Part shown: positions 42,469-52,305 of the stretch, in pieces
Layout: the number at the start of each line of letters is the position of its first letter
Position numbering within the stretch: the first letter of the stretch is position 1
NCBI GenBank assembly: GCA_918797485.1
Contig: CAKKNE010000006.1
Coordinates: forward strand, 3,658,001-3,722,000
Direction of reading: 5' to 3'
DNA from: Pelagomonas calceolata
Taxonomy: Eukaryota
DNA length: 64,000 nt
Notes under the pieces: generated by a model
The model's input: only the letters and a program-made list of their open reading frames with translations
What the model was told of the DNA's origin: nothing
The model's database searches: none
Made by a program: the position numbers and the translations under genes

Positions 42469-45400
42469 ATGGCCCTGGCCCAGGACCTCGACCCCAACCG
42501 GCTCCTCCCGTCCCCACCCGGTGTTGGGGACGCGGCGCCGGCGGCGGTCTTCGCGACCATGGGCGTCTTCACGGGATTCTCGCCGGAGGTGCCCGGCGCC
42601 AAGGATCCCATTCCCATCGTGCCGTGGGACGACGATGGAGACTCCGGGAGCGACGACGCCATGGACGATTTTGATGAGGACCCGCGCGAGCTCTTCGCCG
42701 AGGATGAGGAGGAGGCCGACGCGCAGCGGCACGGCTTCGACGCGTCGGAGCGGCACCAGCAGTACCTCCAGAAGGTGCAGCTCGAGAAGCAGCGCGCGCA
42801 GCAGGAGGAGCTCCTGCGGGCCAAGAAGGAGGCTAGAAGGCGGAAGAAGAAGCAGGCGAAGTTATTAGCGGCGGCGGAAGCGCGCAAGGCCATGCGGGAG
42901 GTGCCGCCGCCGGCACCCGTGCAAGAAGAGGTAGAAGAGGCGGACCCGGAGGAGGAGCAGCTCGCGAAGGAGGCGCGGGTGCGCGAGACGCGGCGGCGCC
43001 AGAAGCAGCAGTACAAACGCTTGATGAAGACGCTGGCTCTTAAAAGACGGCAGGATTTGGCGTCCGCCGAGGACGACAAGGCGAAGGAGGACGAGTTCAA
43101 GCGCAAAGTGCGCGAGAACGGCCTGCGGCGCGCGCGGCAGCGCCGCGAGGAGGCGCTGAAGCGGAAGGAGGAACTGGGCGAGGTGGTGGCGGACGTCGTC
43201 CAGGGCTCGGCGGCGAAGGCCGCCTCTTTATTGAAGCAGGCCGAGCGGAACGTGCTCGAGAAGCAGAACGTGCTGACCGACGAGGACTTCCTGAACGCCG
43301 AGGAGGCCAAGGAGGCGCTCAAGCGGAAGCGCGCCGAGCAGGCGAGGCTCCGCCAGGAGCGGACGCGGCTCCAGCTCGAGAAGATCGCCGCGGACAAGCG
43401 CGCGAAGGTCGAGGCCGAGCAGAAAAAGGCCCAGAGATTACTACGACGCCAGGAATTAGTCAGGGAGCGCGTCCTGAACCGCGAGCGGCCCAAGGAACTC
43501 GTTGACAGGGGCGAGGACAAGGAGAACGAGCCCGTGCGCAAGGTCGCGGCCAAGGAAGAAGCGCCCGCGAAGCCCGTGCTGACCGAGGAGGAGAAAGAAC
43601 GAAGACGACTAAGAAGAGAGCAGCAGGCCGAGGCCATAGCTAGACTCAACAAGGTGTCCGAGAAGGACCAGCCCACCGGTGCTGTGGGAAGGGACTTCAA
43701 GGACTACAAGCGCAAGTTAGGGTTATCGAAGGACACGAAGGTTTTTTGCATGACGGGCTGGTACCCTTGTGTGAAAGACGCGTTGCTCGAGCGCGGCTGG
43801 CACTTCAATGACGACCGCGAGTCGACGTTCTACGACCTGAAGTGGACGCTGCGGAGCAACGACATCGACAAAGGCATCAAGCCGAACCAGCTCACGAACC
43901 ACTTCCTCAAAAACACGGCGATTACGACGAAGGCGGGCCTGACGCGTAGCTTGTGTGAGTTGCACTGGCACTGCGACGACCACAGCGACCACGTCTACCC
44001 GCGGGCCTACGACCTGTCGTCCCCGCATAGCCGGGGCTTCCTCGACGACTTTCGCGGATTGGAAGCGGAGAAGTGCCTCAAGAACGTGATCAGGAGCCTG
44101 GCGGGGGCCTCGTCCAGCGACGAGTCGTCCTCGGAGGACTCGTCCGAGTCAGATTCGGAGGTGACGGACCCCGCCGCGTCCGCCGACGAAATGAACATGG
44201 AGTCGACCGACGACGTCGCGGAGGCGCCGGCGCCGGCGCCCGTCGCCGAGGCGCCCGCGCCGGCCGACGACGCGTCGGACATTGATAGTCTGGAGATGGA
44301 CGAACTCGACGGTGTCTTAGGAGACAAGGAGGCGCCCTTGTTGTTCAACGAGGAATTGCTGCGGATCGCGCTGCGGGTCTGCCGGAAGAAGCTGCGGGTG
44401 CTAGTTGATGACGACACGGAGCTGGACGGGGGTTCGGGCTACTCTGATAGGTTAGTCACGGACCTCGAGTGGGAAGCTATGAGGCACGCCCAGGGTCGGG
44501 TGGATTGCTCCCTGGCCCTGCCGAAGGACATGCCCCCGACCTTGGATGATCTGTTGCATTTGAAAGACGTACCCGACGAAGAAGAGACGCGGAGCTCGTT
44601 GGACCAGGCCGGGTCCATCCTCGCGCGCGCGCGGGAAGACAAGTTGGAGAGAATCCGGAAGGCCGAGCTCACCGAGAGACGCAAGGAGGCGCGCCGCAAC
44701 TTGATGCGCGCGCCCTCCCCGTTGAAAGATGATCTGAGGAAGGAGATCGAGGCGGTCCTGGCGCAGTTGAGTTCCCTCGACCCGCAGCACCAGCTTAATG
44801 GTGGCCCCGCCTCGACGCGAAATACCTGGATCGCCAAGCCCGCCGCGAAATCAAGGGGGAGAGGCATCGCGACCTTTGATGATTTGGATAGACTACTGGA
44901 CCACTGCGACGCGAAGACGGGCGGCTCGGGCGCGCTCTGGATCGTCCAGAAGTACATGGAGTCGCAGTTGTTAATTGCGGAGCGGAAGTTCGACCTGAGG
45001 CAGTGGGTCCTCGTGACGGACTGGAACCCCCTCACGATCTATTTCTATGACGAGTGCTACGCGCGGTTCACGTCCCATAAGTTCACGGACGCGCGGGAAT
45101 CCTTGGAAAATCCCTTCGTGCACCTGGTGAATAATAGTATACAAAAGGATGGGGAGAACTTCCATGATGACATCGAAGCGGAGAACGGTGTGAGCATCGA
45201 GGACTGCATGTGGACGCAAGAGGACTTTGCCGGTTTTCTGGACTGGAAGATGGCGCGGACGGACGCGACGACGGATAGGTTACGCAAGTGTAAAGACTCT
45301 GATGACGTCTTCACTGATGTGGTGCAACCGGAGATGCGCAAAATTGCCGTCGAGGTGCTCCAGGCCGCGCGCGATTCGATAGAGCACCGGAAGAACTCCT

Positions 45401-46011
45401 GGGAGCTGTATGGCTACGACTTCATGGTCGACGCGGAGCTGCGGCCCTGGTTGATTGAAGTGAACTCGAGCCCGGCGTGCGACTACTCGACGGCCGTGAC
45501 GGAGCGGTACGTGAAGAAGGCTTTGGTGGACATTCTGAAGGTTACGATCGACAAGCGCGAGTGGGAGCGGACGCCCGTCGGCGACGAGCCGGACACGGGC
45601 GGCTGGCAGCTCGCGCACAAGGGGCCCTTCGTCGAGACGCCGATCGCGTCGCTGACGGGCGGCGACATCTACGCCGAGGGCAAAAAGGTGGAGGCGCCGC
45701 GGGCGATCCGGGCGCGCGCCCGCGCCGCGGCGAAGGCCGCGGCCGCCGCGAAGCGGCTGCGCGAGGAGCGGAAGCGGCGCGAGGTCGCGGAACGCCACGC
45801 GGCGGCGCGGCCGCCCTCGCCGAAGCACGACGACATGGCCGAGCTCGACGGCTTCCTCGAGGACGGCGCGACGGCGAAGCCGCCGGCCGTCGTCGCGCCG
45901 CCGTCGCCGCCGCGCGGCGCCGGTCGTCAGCGCCGCCGCCGGCGGCCTCGCCAGCAGGTCGTCGCCGTGCCGGTGCGTTCACGACCGGAACCGCGATGTA
46001 TGATACCCTAA
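42469..46011 (+). CDS. TTLL3: Tubulin monoglycylase TTLL3/TTLL8-like with long charged coiled-coil N-terminus
   Basis: WIAKPAAKSRGRGI, VQKYME...RKFDLRQWVLVTDWNPLTIYFY, HLVNNSIQK, ELYGYDFMVD...PWLIEVNSSP. The 3' end is uncertain (possible frameshift ~45920, possible intron 45973-46063). Confidence 0.88.
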   Translation: MALAQDLDPNRLLPSPPGVGDAAPAAVFATMGVFTGFSPEVPGAKDPIPIVPWDDDGDSGSDDAMDDFDEDPRELFAEDEEEADAQRHGFDASERHQQYLQKVQLEKQRAQQEELLRAKKEARRRKKKQAKLLAAAEARKAMREVPPPAPVQEEVEEADPEEEQLAKEARVRETRRRQKQQYKRLMKTLALKRRQDLASAEDDKAKEDEFKRKVRENGLRRARQRREEALKRKEELGEVVADVVQGSAAKAASLLKQAERNVLEKQNVLTDEDFLNAEEAKEALKRKRAEQARLRQERTRLQLEKIAADKRAKVEAEQKKAQRLLRRQELVRERVLNRERPKELVDRGEDKENEPVRKVAAKEEAPAKPVLTEEEKERRRLRREQQAEAIARLNKVSEKDQPTGAVGRDFKDYKRKLGLSKDTKVFCMTGWYPCVKDALLERGWHFNDDRESTFYDLKWTLRSNDIDKGIKPNQLTNHFLKNTAITTKAGLTRSLCELHWHCDDHSDHVYPRAYDLSSPHSRGFLDDFRGLEAEKCLKNVIRSLAGASSSDESSSEDSSESDSEVTDPAASADEMNMESTDDVAEAPAPAPVAEAPAPADDASDIDSLEMDELDGVLGDKEAPLLFNEELLRIALRVCRKKLRVLVDDDTELDGGSGYSDRLVTDLEWEAMRHAQGRVDCSLALPKDMPPTLDDLLHLKDVPDEEETRSSLDQAGSILARAREDKLERIRKAELTERRKEARRNLMRAPSPLKDDLRKEIEAVLAQLSSLDPQHQLNGGPASTRNTWIAKPAAKSRGRGIATFDDLDRLLDHCDAKTGGSGALWIVQKYMESQLLIAERKFDLRQWVLVTDWNPLTIYFYDECYARFTSHKFTDARESLENPFVHLVNNSIQKDGENFHDDIEAENGVSIEDCMWTQEDFAGFLDWKMARTDATTDRLRKCKDSDDVFTDVVQPEMRKIAVEVLQAARDSIEHRKNSWELYGYDFMVDAELRPWLIEVNSSPACDYSTAVTERYVKKALVDILKVTIDKREWERTPVGDEPDTGGWQLAHKGPFVETPIASLTGGDIYAEGKKVEAPRAIRARARAAAKAAAAAKRLREERKRREVAERHAAARPPSPKHDDMAELDGFLEDGATAKPPAVVAPPSPPRGAGRQRRRRRPRQQVVAVPVRSRPEPRCMIP

Positions 46012-46084
46012 CTTTTCGTTTCTCTAGCCGTGCCCCGGTCTACGCCACTCTGCCCCGACCGCAGATGCTCCGCGCCGGCGCGCA

Positions 46085-46108
46085 GCTAGCGCTTGTAAGA
46101 CACTAGAA
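46085..46108. promoter_or_regulatory. Recurrent dyad motif, copy 2 (reverse orientation)
   Basis: Reverse complement TTCTAGTGTCTTACAAGCGCTAGC, 217 bp upstream of ATG 46325. Confidence 0.6.
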
Positions 46109-46324
46109 TTGCAGTGGTCTCCGGATCCGGTGCCGCGCGAGCGAAAGCGCTGCCCCGCAGCCCGCGCCGCAACGCTCTTGGAGCTGTTTGATCGACGAAC
46201 CGGTGCTCACCCAAGTCCGCCCGGCTCCTCGGTCGATTGGGGTGCCGACAGGCTCACGCCCGAACGAGCAGTCCCGGCGCCGCGTGCGGGATTGCCAGCC
46301 GCGCGACCGCGACTCGCGCGCGCA

Positions 46325-49300
46325 ATGGCGGCGCCGGCCCAAGCGCCGCCGCCGCCGCCGCGCGCCGCGATCACTGTCCATGCCTGCGACCAGCAGGGGA
46401 AGAAGCAAACGTTTAAGGTCAACTCGACGACCAAGATGCAAGCGCTCTTCGACGCCTACGCGAAGAGCGAGGACGTAGACTCGCGCTGCTTCCTATTTAA
46501 AGGCTCGCGCGTCCACGCCGAGCAGACGGCCGCGGACCTGGGGCTGGTGGAGGGTGACCAGCTCGACGTCGAGCTCGTCACCGGCGAGGAAGCGGAAGCG
46601 GCGGGGGACGATCCGGACCTTCTTGGCAATTTCTATTTGGATCGGCTGCGAGGCGACGCGGCGACGCGGCCGATCTGGGCTCTCTCGCGAGGTCTGGCGG
46701 GGGTTGTGGACGAGGCTTCGGGAAATTACGAAAATGAATGCTCCATGGCAAGACCGCTCGCCGCGCTGGCAGCGACCTGCAAACGGGCGCGGGACCTCTG
46801 TACGCCGGGCCTGCGCGCGTGGACACGAAGCACGTTTGGCGGTGCGATGGACGTTGTAGCCATACCGCCAGAAGGCCACTCTCGCGGAACGGCCGACGAA
46901 CGCGAAGCGGACCACGATGCTACGTTCGAAGCTCTTATGTTCCTGCGCGCGGCAATTATACACCGCGCCCCGTCCGTGCTCCACCTGCGCGAGGGATTAG
47001 CGACACATTGCCTCGCGCTCATACGCGACGCCAGTCGCTGCGCCGCCTGCCGCCTCGCGGCGTGCCACGCGCTCGCGGGCTTGTACGCCAGTCTCCAGGA
47101 AAAGGATACGGCGGAGAGCAAACGTCTGCGCCTGATGATCGCGGCGGGCGTCTGCGAAGGTCTGAACGCGGATGCAAAGGTGGCGCCCGAGCTGAACGCC
47201 GACGGCTTCGAGCTCTTCGACCGCGCCGACGGCCGCCGCGCGTGGCCGGAGCTGTGGGACGCGGCACTGCAGTGCGTCGACCTCGAGCCGTGTTATGTGC
47301 ATGAAAACGTCAGAAACGACGACTGCGGCGCTCGGACCATCGCCATTGCACGGATCGCACGCCGGGTCGACGATAGCGTAGACGCACCGATAGCCTGGGA
47401 CACTGACGACGAAGACGACGTCGAGCTCGACCTGGGGCTGAGCGTGGCCGGCGGCCGGCGGCGGCAGGCGCGCGGCGAGTTGGCGGACGAGTTTGTGCGC
47501 CGAAGTGCCGGCCGCCTGAGGCGAGAGCTCCGGGAGTGCGTGGGAAGCGTGATCGCGCTGGCAGGCATCGCCCTCCGTACCGCGACATGCGACCTCGATG
47601 ACCAAATGCAGCGCTGTCTCTGCGCCCTTCTCGCGGCCGCGCTGCGCACCGACGGGCAGGACGACGACGAGGACTGCGATTCCTCGCAACGCATCGCCTA
47701 CACCGCCGCCACCGTCGCGGCCCGGCTCCTTTCAAATGCACAAGCCTGGAATCTGCGTCCGGTGCGGGCGAGCGGGCTGCCTCGCGCCCTTGCCGCTAGA
47801 TGTAGGCGGTCCAATTTGCCCCCTGTCGGCCCAGATGACATAGATGAACTCACCTCGCTAAGAGATGAGTTCAGGAACCTGAACGATGCCTCGGCATTGC
47901 CGGAGATGGTGCTGGCGTATGATCTTTTTTTCGGCGACGGGGACATGGCGATTGACAGTGTTATAGCATCCGTCGCGATGGTGGCGCTCGTCAACTACGT
48001 CCCAAAGGCGCCGACCGACGGCTGTGCGCTAGTCTTGACAACCTCTTGTCCGGAGGCGCAGGATCTGAAGGATTTAATAAATTCAATGACTGCCAAGTTC
48101 TCGCTCTCGGCGGTCGACGCCGCGATCATGCGCGTCGCCGCCCGCGACGCGGACGGCGCCGACGACGAGGCCTACCACTCGGCGGTCGCTGTGCTCGTCG
48201 AACATGTTGTATCCGCTGGCAGCACGTGGGTGGACCTGACGGACCGTGGTACCATTGACGCGCTAGTCGATGTGATCGTGCGCGAGAGCACGAGGCCCGC
48301 CATGCTTGGTGCGGTTCCGGGAACGTTTTCTCATTTGTTACGCGTGTCGACGGATACCCCGCGCACGGACGCGGGGCTTCTGAGGAATCTTATACGTGTG
48401 GCCGTTGCCCTCTGCCGGCTCGCCGCCGACAGTGATGAGGCGAGCACAAATCTGATCACCGATTCTCTTTTGGCGCTTCTGACAGCCGCGCCGCCTTCGC
48501 GCGACGTGGTCTACGTCATGGCGCGGGCCCTCGCCCGCGGTGGCGCGTTCTTGAAGGGGGGTACCAGAGCCGGTGTCCTCGTCGCTTCGCTAATCAAGCA
48601 CACGACGCACTCTCCACCAGGAAGGCTGGGCCTTGTGCCACTGCTCATTTGCGACGAAACCGTAGAGGTCCTGTTGCCGCTCTTGAGCTGTGCCGATTGG
48701 ATCCAAATTCCGACGGACGTTGGTATTTTCGAAGTCTTTACTGCTTACCCGTCCCCCGGCTTCTATGACAAACATGACGGCCGCCTGCAGGTGAGGGACG
48801 TGGCCGCCCTGCTGCTGTGCGTTAGGTCGCTGCGGTTGCCTGACGACTTCATGGCAAAGTTCGACGATGACAATTGCTGGGACTTTGGCGCGGGACTCGA
48901 TAGCGCGGACGGCTACGACTACGATGACCACCGATGGGAACACGTCGGAAAACTCACGCTTGAACACTTTCGGGCGCTGCTCGACATTGTCAAGGACAGT
49001 GCATAAATCTCCGCCACTGCTGAATTATGACATCCACGCCATCGACGCGACGCCAGCTCGACCCGACTCACCGGTTGATTTATGCACAGGCCAAGGACGC
49101 GGGCCGGCCGTCCGCGCGGATCGTCTACGAGTTTCTGCGCTACCTATCGCAATCGATGATGCGAAAGGACTCGCCCGAATTTAGCAAGGCCTTGTTCGTG
49201 CCGGTGGCGATGGCGCTCAAGGAACACGGCCACCTCGCGAAGTGGGGTAAAAAGGGCCACAAGACGGCCGAGAAGCTGCTCAAGACGCTCATGAAGCTGG

Positions 49301-50725
49301 GCGACGACTGCGTCGTGGTCGCGCTCGACGCCTTCGCGGAGGCGGCGATAGGAGTCCAGAAGCGCATCGCGAAGCGGCGCGCCGCGCGCGGAGGCGGCAC
49401 TGGCGGAGGCGGCGCTGGTGATGGTGCGGCTGAGGACACGGCCGCGCGCCAGGCGGCGGCGGACCAGGCGGCGGCAGATCTCCTCGCGTCGCTTGAGGCC
49501 GAGGAGCACAGGCCGGGGACCACGAAGAAGTCCAGAAAAAAAGGCAAGAAAGCGTCGGTGCCGCGCCGCGCCCGCGCCAGCGCCGGCCTCCGCCGCGGAG
49601 GTGTCTTCGTCTTCGTCTTCGTCTGAGGACGACGACGACGACGATTTGCTGCTCCTGGCGAAACAACAAGCTTCGCGGTCGGCGCCGGCGCCGCGCGCCC
49701 GCGCCCGAACGCGCCCCCTGCTGCGGCGCCCGCGCCCGCGGTTAATCCCGCCATGGCCTTCGCGAGCGCGCTCCGCGGCTGGATCGTTTCCAGGGCGGCC
49801 GCATCGTCGGTACGGATCTCGCGCCCTACAAAAGCCCGGCGGCGCGTGGACTTTCAGTGCCGAAGGGCGGCGCCCTTAAGCTACTGCGGACGGTGGCCGC
49901 TCCTGCCGGCCTGCGTATCTCTCAGGACGGTCCGCGCATTGTTATCTCCAGCGTCGGGGCCGTAGCGATGCCTCCGCCGCCACCGCCGCAGCCGAAGCCT
50001 CCCGCCGCCCCCACCGCCCCCCGCCGGGCCCTTTCTGACCTCGCCGTCGATGATGATGATGAGGACGACGCGACGCCGGCGCGGAGGACACGACACGAAA
50101 ACGCGGATGTCCCGAGGCACGCCGTTGAGGATTTACTGAAGCTGGAATCAAACGCCGGGTCAATAACGGAAGAAGCTTTTGAAAGGCGGGCCGCCTCGCC
50201 GGACGCACGGCCGGTAGCCGCGCCGTGCCGGCCGACGAGGAGAAGGCGCCCGACGCCGGCCCCGCGCCGTCGCTCCTGCCGCTACTTACGCGCCGGCGGC
50301 GGACGCCGGCGCGTCGCGCGCCGACGCCCCGCTCGCCGCCCTCCTGGCGCGCCTCGACCTGAATCACATAGCCGGAGCGCTGGCAGCGGAGGAGATTGAT
50401 ATCGAGGCCCTTCCGCTTTTGTCGATCAGTGACCTCGTGGACATTGCGATCAAACCAGAAGATGCTGAGAAGCGCTGGTGGCGGCCGTGGCGCCGCCGCC
50501 CGCAGCGCCGCCGCCGCCGCCGATCGCGACGCCGTCGACGCAAGAGTGCCCGCTGTGCATGGACGGCGACCGCGAGATCGCGCTGGTCCCGTGCGGACGC
50601 CCTTCGCGCCGGGTGCGCGGGCCGGCACGCGACGGAGGCGCCCGATGTGCCGGCAGGATGTGGCGTCGACGATGAGGGTGTATTTCTTTTCCTGTTATGT
50701 GCAATTGGACAGGCGCCTAGGCTAG
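46325..50725 (+). CDS. Putative E3 ligase: N-terminal SUMO-like domain, helical middle, C-terminal SAM and RING; exons 46325-48988 and 49090-~50725 (frameshifted)
   Basis: SUMO-like ITVHACDQQGKKQTFKVNSTTKMQALFDAY...FLFKGSRV...DLGLVEGDQLDV; intron 48989-49089 joins LLDI|AKDAG; SAM-like LLARLDL...AEEIDIEALPLLSISDLVDI (~50340-50470); RING ECPLCMDGDREIALVPCG...PMCRQDV across shifted frames. Confidence 0.65.
48989..49089 (+). mobile_element. Short introner intron (GT-AG, 101 nt)
   Basis: TIR CAGTGCATAAATC...GATTTATGCACAG; TSD GTCAAGGA/GCCAAGGA; core CCACGCCATCGACGCGA. Confidence 0.9.
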
Positions 50726-50749
50726 TTACGTAACTATGGCGCTTTGGAC

Positions 50750-50774
50750 TTGCTAGTGTCTTACGGCCGCTAGC
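50750..50774. promoter_or_regulatory. Recurrent dyad motif, copy 3
   Basis: TTGCTAGTGTCTTACGGCCGCTAGC, ~147 bp upstream of ATG 50921. Confidence 0.6.
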
Positions 50775-50920
50775 TGCCCCTTCCTCTGCGCTTTTTGCGC
50801 TTGGCTGCCTAGCCACCAGCCGCCGCGGGTCTACTTGTGCTTGCAAGGGCTAGACTAGACCCGTTGCACTGCGTGCTGTAACGGTTATCCATCCTAATCT
50901 ATTGAGTGTCACCGGAGACA

Positions 50921-52267
50921 ATGCCGCAGCCTCGACGCCATCGATGCGGCACGCTACTCCTTCTGCTGGCCGGCAGCAGCACAGCTGCAGCATCCGAAAC
51001 TCTCCGCGGCACGCTGCTCGTAAGCCATCAGGCCTTCGTCGAGCGCCTCTACATTTCCAGGAGGTACGAGCGCTGGTTCGGCGGCGTCGCCTACCTCGTG
51101 CTGCCGGGCACGGCGGGCCGGCGGCGCTCGCACGAAGCGACGGGCGCGACGGCGACCGTGCCCTCGCAGGACGCCTGCGACCGGTATGGGGTCGCCTGCT
51201 TCTTGGCCCGCCGCGGCGCCGGCCGGGACCCCTACGTCGCGGCCTACGCGCAGCTCTTCGGGCAGCTCGCGACGTTTTCGAGGCGCGACGAGCCGCCGCC
51301 GTGGCTGCGGCCCCACTGGCGCGGGACGGGGGGCGTCACCGGCGCGGTCGTGGCGCACCTAGATTTCTGGCTGGACCCGCCGTCGTTCGCGCACCGCGTC
51401 GACGCCTGTGTGGAATCAAATTTACGGCGCGTTCGCGGCCACGTCATCGCCGAGAAACGACTTTGTGAAGTCCACCCGACACACTGGTTGATTTCCACAC
51501 AGGTCGACGCGGGCGCGTTGGATCTCAAGCGGCCGTGGACGCTCGCGGCGGGTTTGAATCGCCCGCCCGACGACGCCGTCCGCGAGTTCCGGGTCTTCGG
51601 GCGGTACTGCCTGGGCGGCGAGGCGCTCGACGTCGATAGAGAATGGACGTGGGGCCACGACGCGAAGGACCAGGCGCGCCGCGCGTGGGCCGCGAGCGCG
51701 CCGACACGTGCGAAGGAGCCCGAGGCCTGCGCCGCCTGGGCCGACCTCTTCTACCTGCCGTCTCCCATCTTCGCGGACTTTGCGCAACTCTGCGGGACGC
51801 AGTTTAAATTCCACCACGAGGTGAGCGTGCCGACGGCGCTGCGCTTCCTCGAAGTGGAAGGCCGGGCGCCCGCGCCGCAGTTCTTGGATTGCTGGGGCTG
51901 CTCGCAGGCCTGGGCCAAGGACCCCGCCGTCATCGACCAGCACGCGTGCGGCCACCGCCTCGACCTCGGCCAGCGCCACGTGCGCGACGCCTTCCGCCAC
52001 CGGCTCGACCGGCGGCCCTTCGCGCGCGACGCCGTGCTCGAGAGCCAGATTTATGAATTGGACGCGGAGCAGGGCGGCGCCTGGGACGGCAAATCGCTAT
52101 ACTGGGAGACGGAGCGCAATCTAGATAGGTGGACGAACGGCTGCTGCCGGCTGCCCTCCGCGAACCAGACGGCCTGCGGCTGCGTCGGGCGCGACCCGCC
52201 GCGGACGGACGCGGCCGCGGCCGTGCCCTGCCACGGGGCCTACGTCCCGTCGACGGTCGTCGGGTGA
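50921..52267 (+). CDS. Secretory-pathway protein, STELLO/DUF288-like putative glycosyltransferase; exons 50921-51397 and 51503-52267
   Basis: N-terminal hydrophobic segment; HLDFWL, WADLFYLP and FHHEVSVPTAL resemble the DUF288 C-terminal region; in-frame introner inside. Confidence 0.55.
   Translation: MPQPRRHRCGTLLLLLAGSSTAAASETLRGTLLVSHQAFVERLYISRRYERWFGGVAYLVLPGTAGRRRSHEATGATATVPSQDACDRYGVACFLARRGAGRDPYVAAYAQLFGQLATFSRRDEPPPWLRPHWRGTGGVTGAVVAHLDFWLDPPSFAHRVDACVESNLRRVRGHVIAEKRLCEVHPTHWLISTQVDAGALDLKRPWTLAAGLNRPPDDAVREFRVFGRYCLGGEALDVDREWTWGHDAKDQARRAWAASAPTRAKEPEACAAWADLFYLPSPIFADFAQLCGTQFKFHHEVSVPTALRFLEVEGRAPAPQFLDCWGCSQAWAKDPAVIDQHACGHRLDLGQRHVRDAFRHRLDRRPFARDAVLESQIYELDAEQGGAWDGKSLYWETERNLDRWTNGCCRLPSANQTACGCVGRDPPRTDAAAAVPCHGAYVPSTVVG
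51406..51502. mobile_element. Internally deleted introner (97 bp); intron 51398-51502
   Basis: TIR CTGTGTGGAATCAA...TTGATTTCCACACAG; perfect TSD GTCGACGC. Confidence 0.95.
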
Positions 52268-52305
52268 CGGCGTCCATGTATGTGTTGTTACTAAGAATCT
52301 TAAAA

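Noticed and set aside
42330..43700. Long antisense ORFs (also 11086..11952, 22181..23338, 39861..41168, 53218..54255)
   Set aside because: Shadow frames of real GC-rich genes; Arg/Ala/Ser-rich with no domains.
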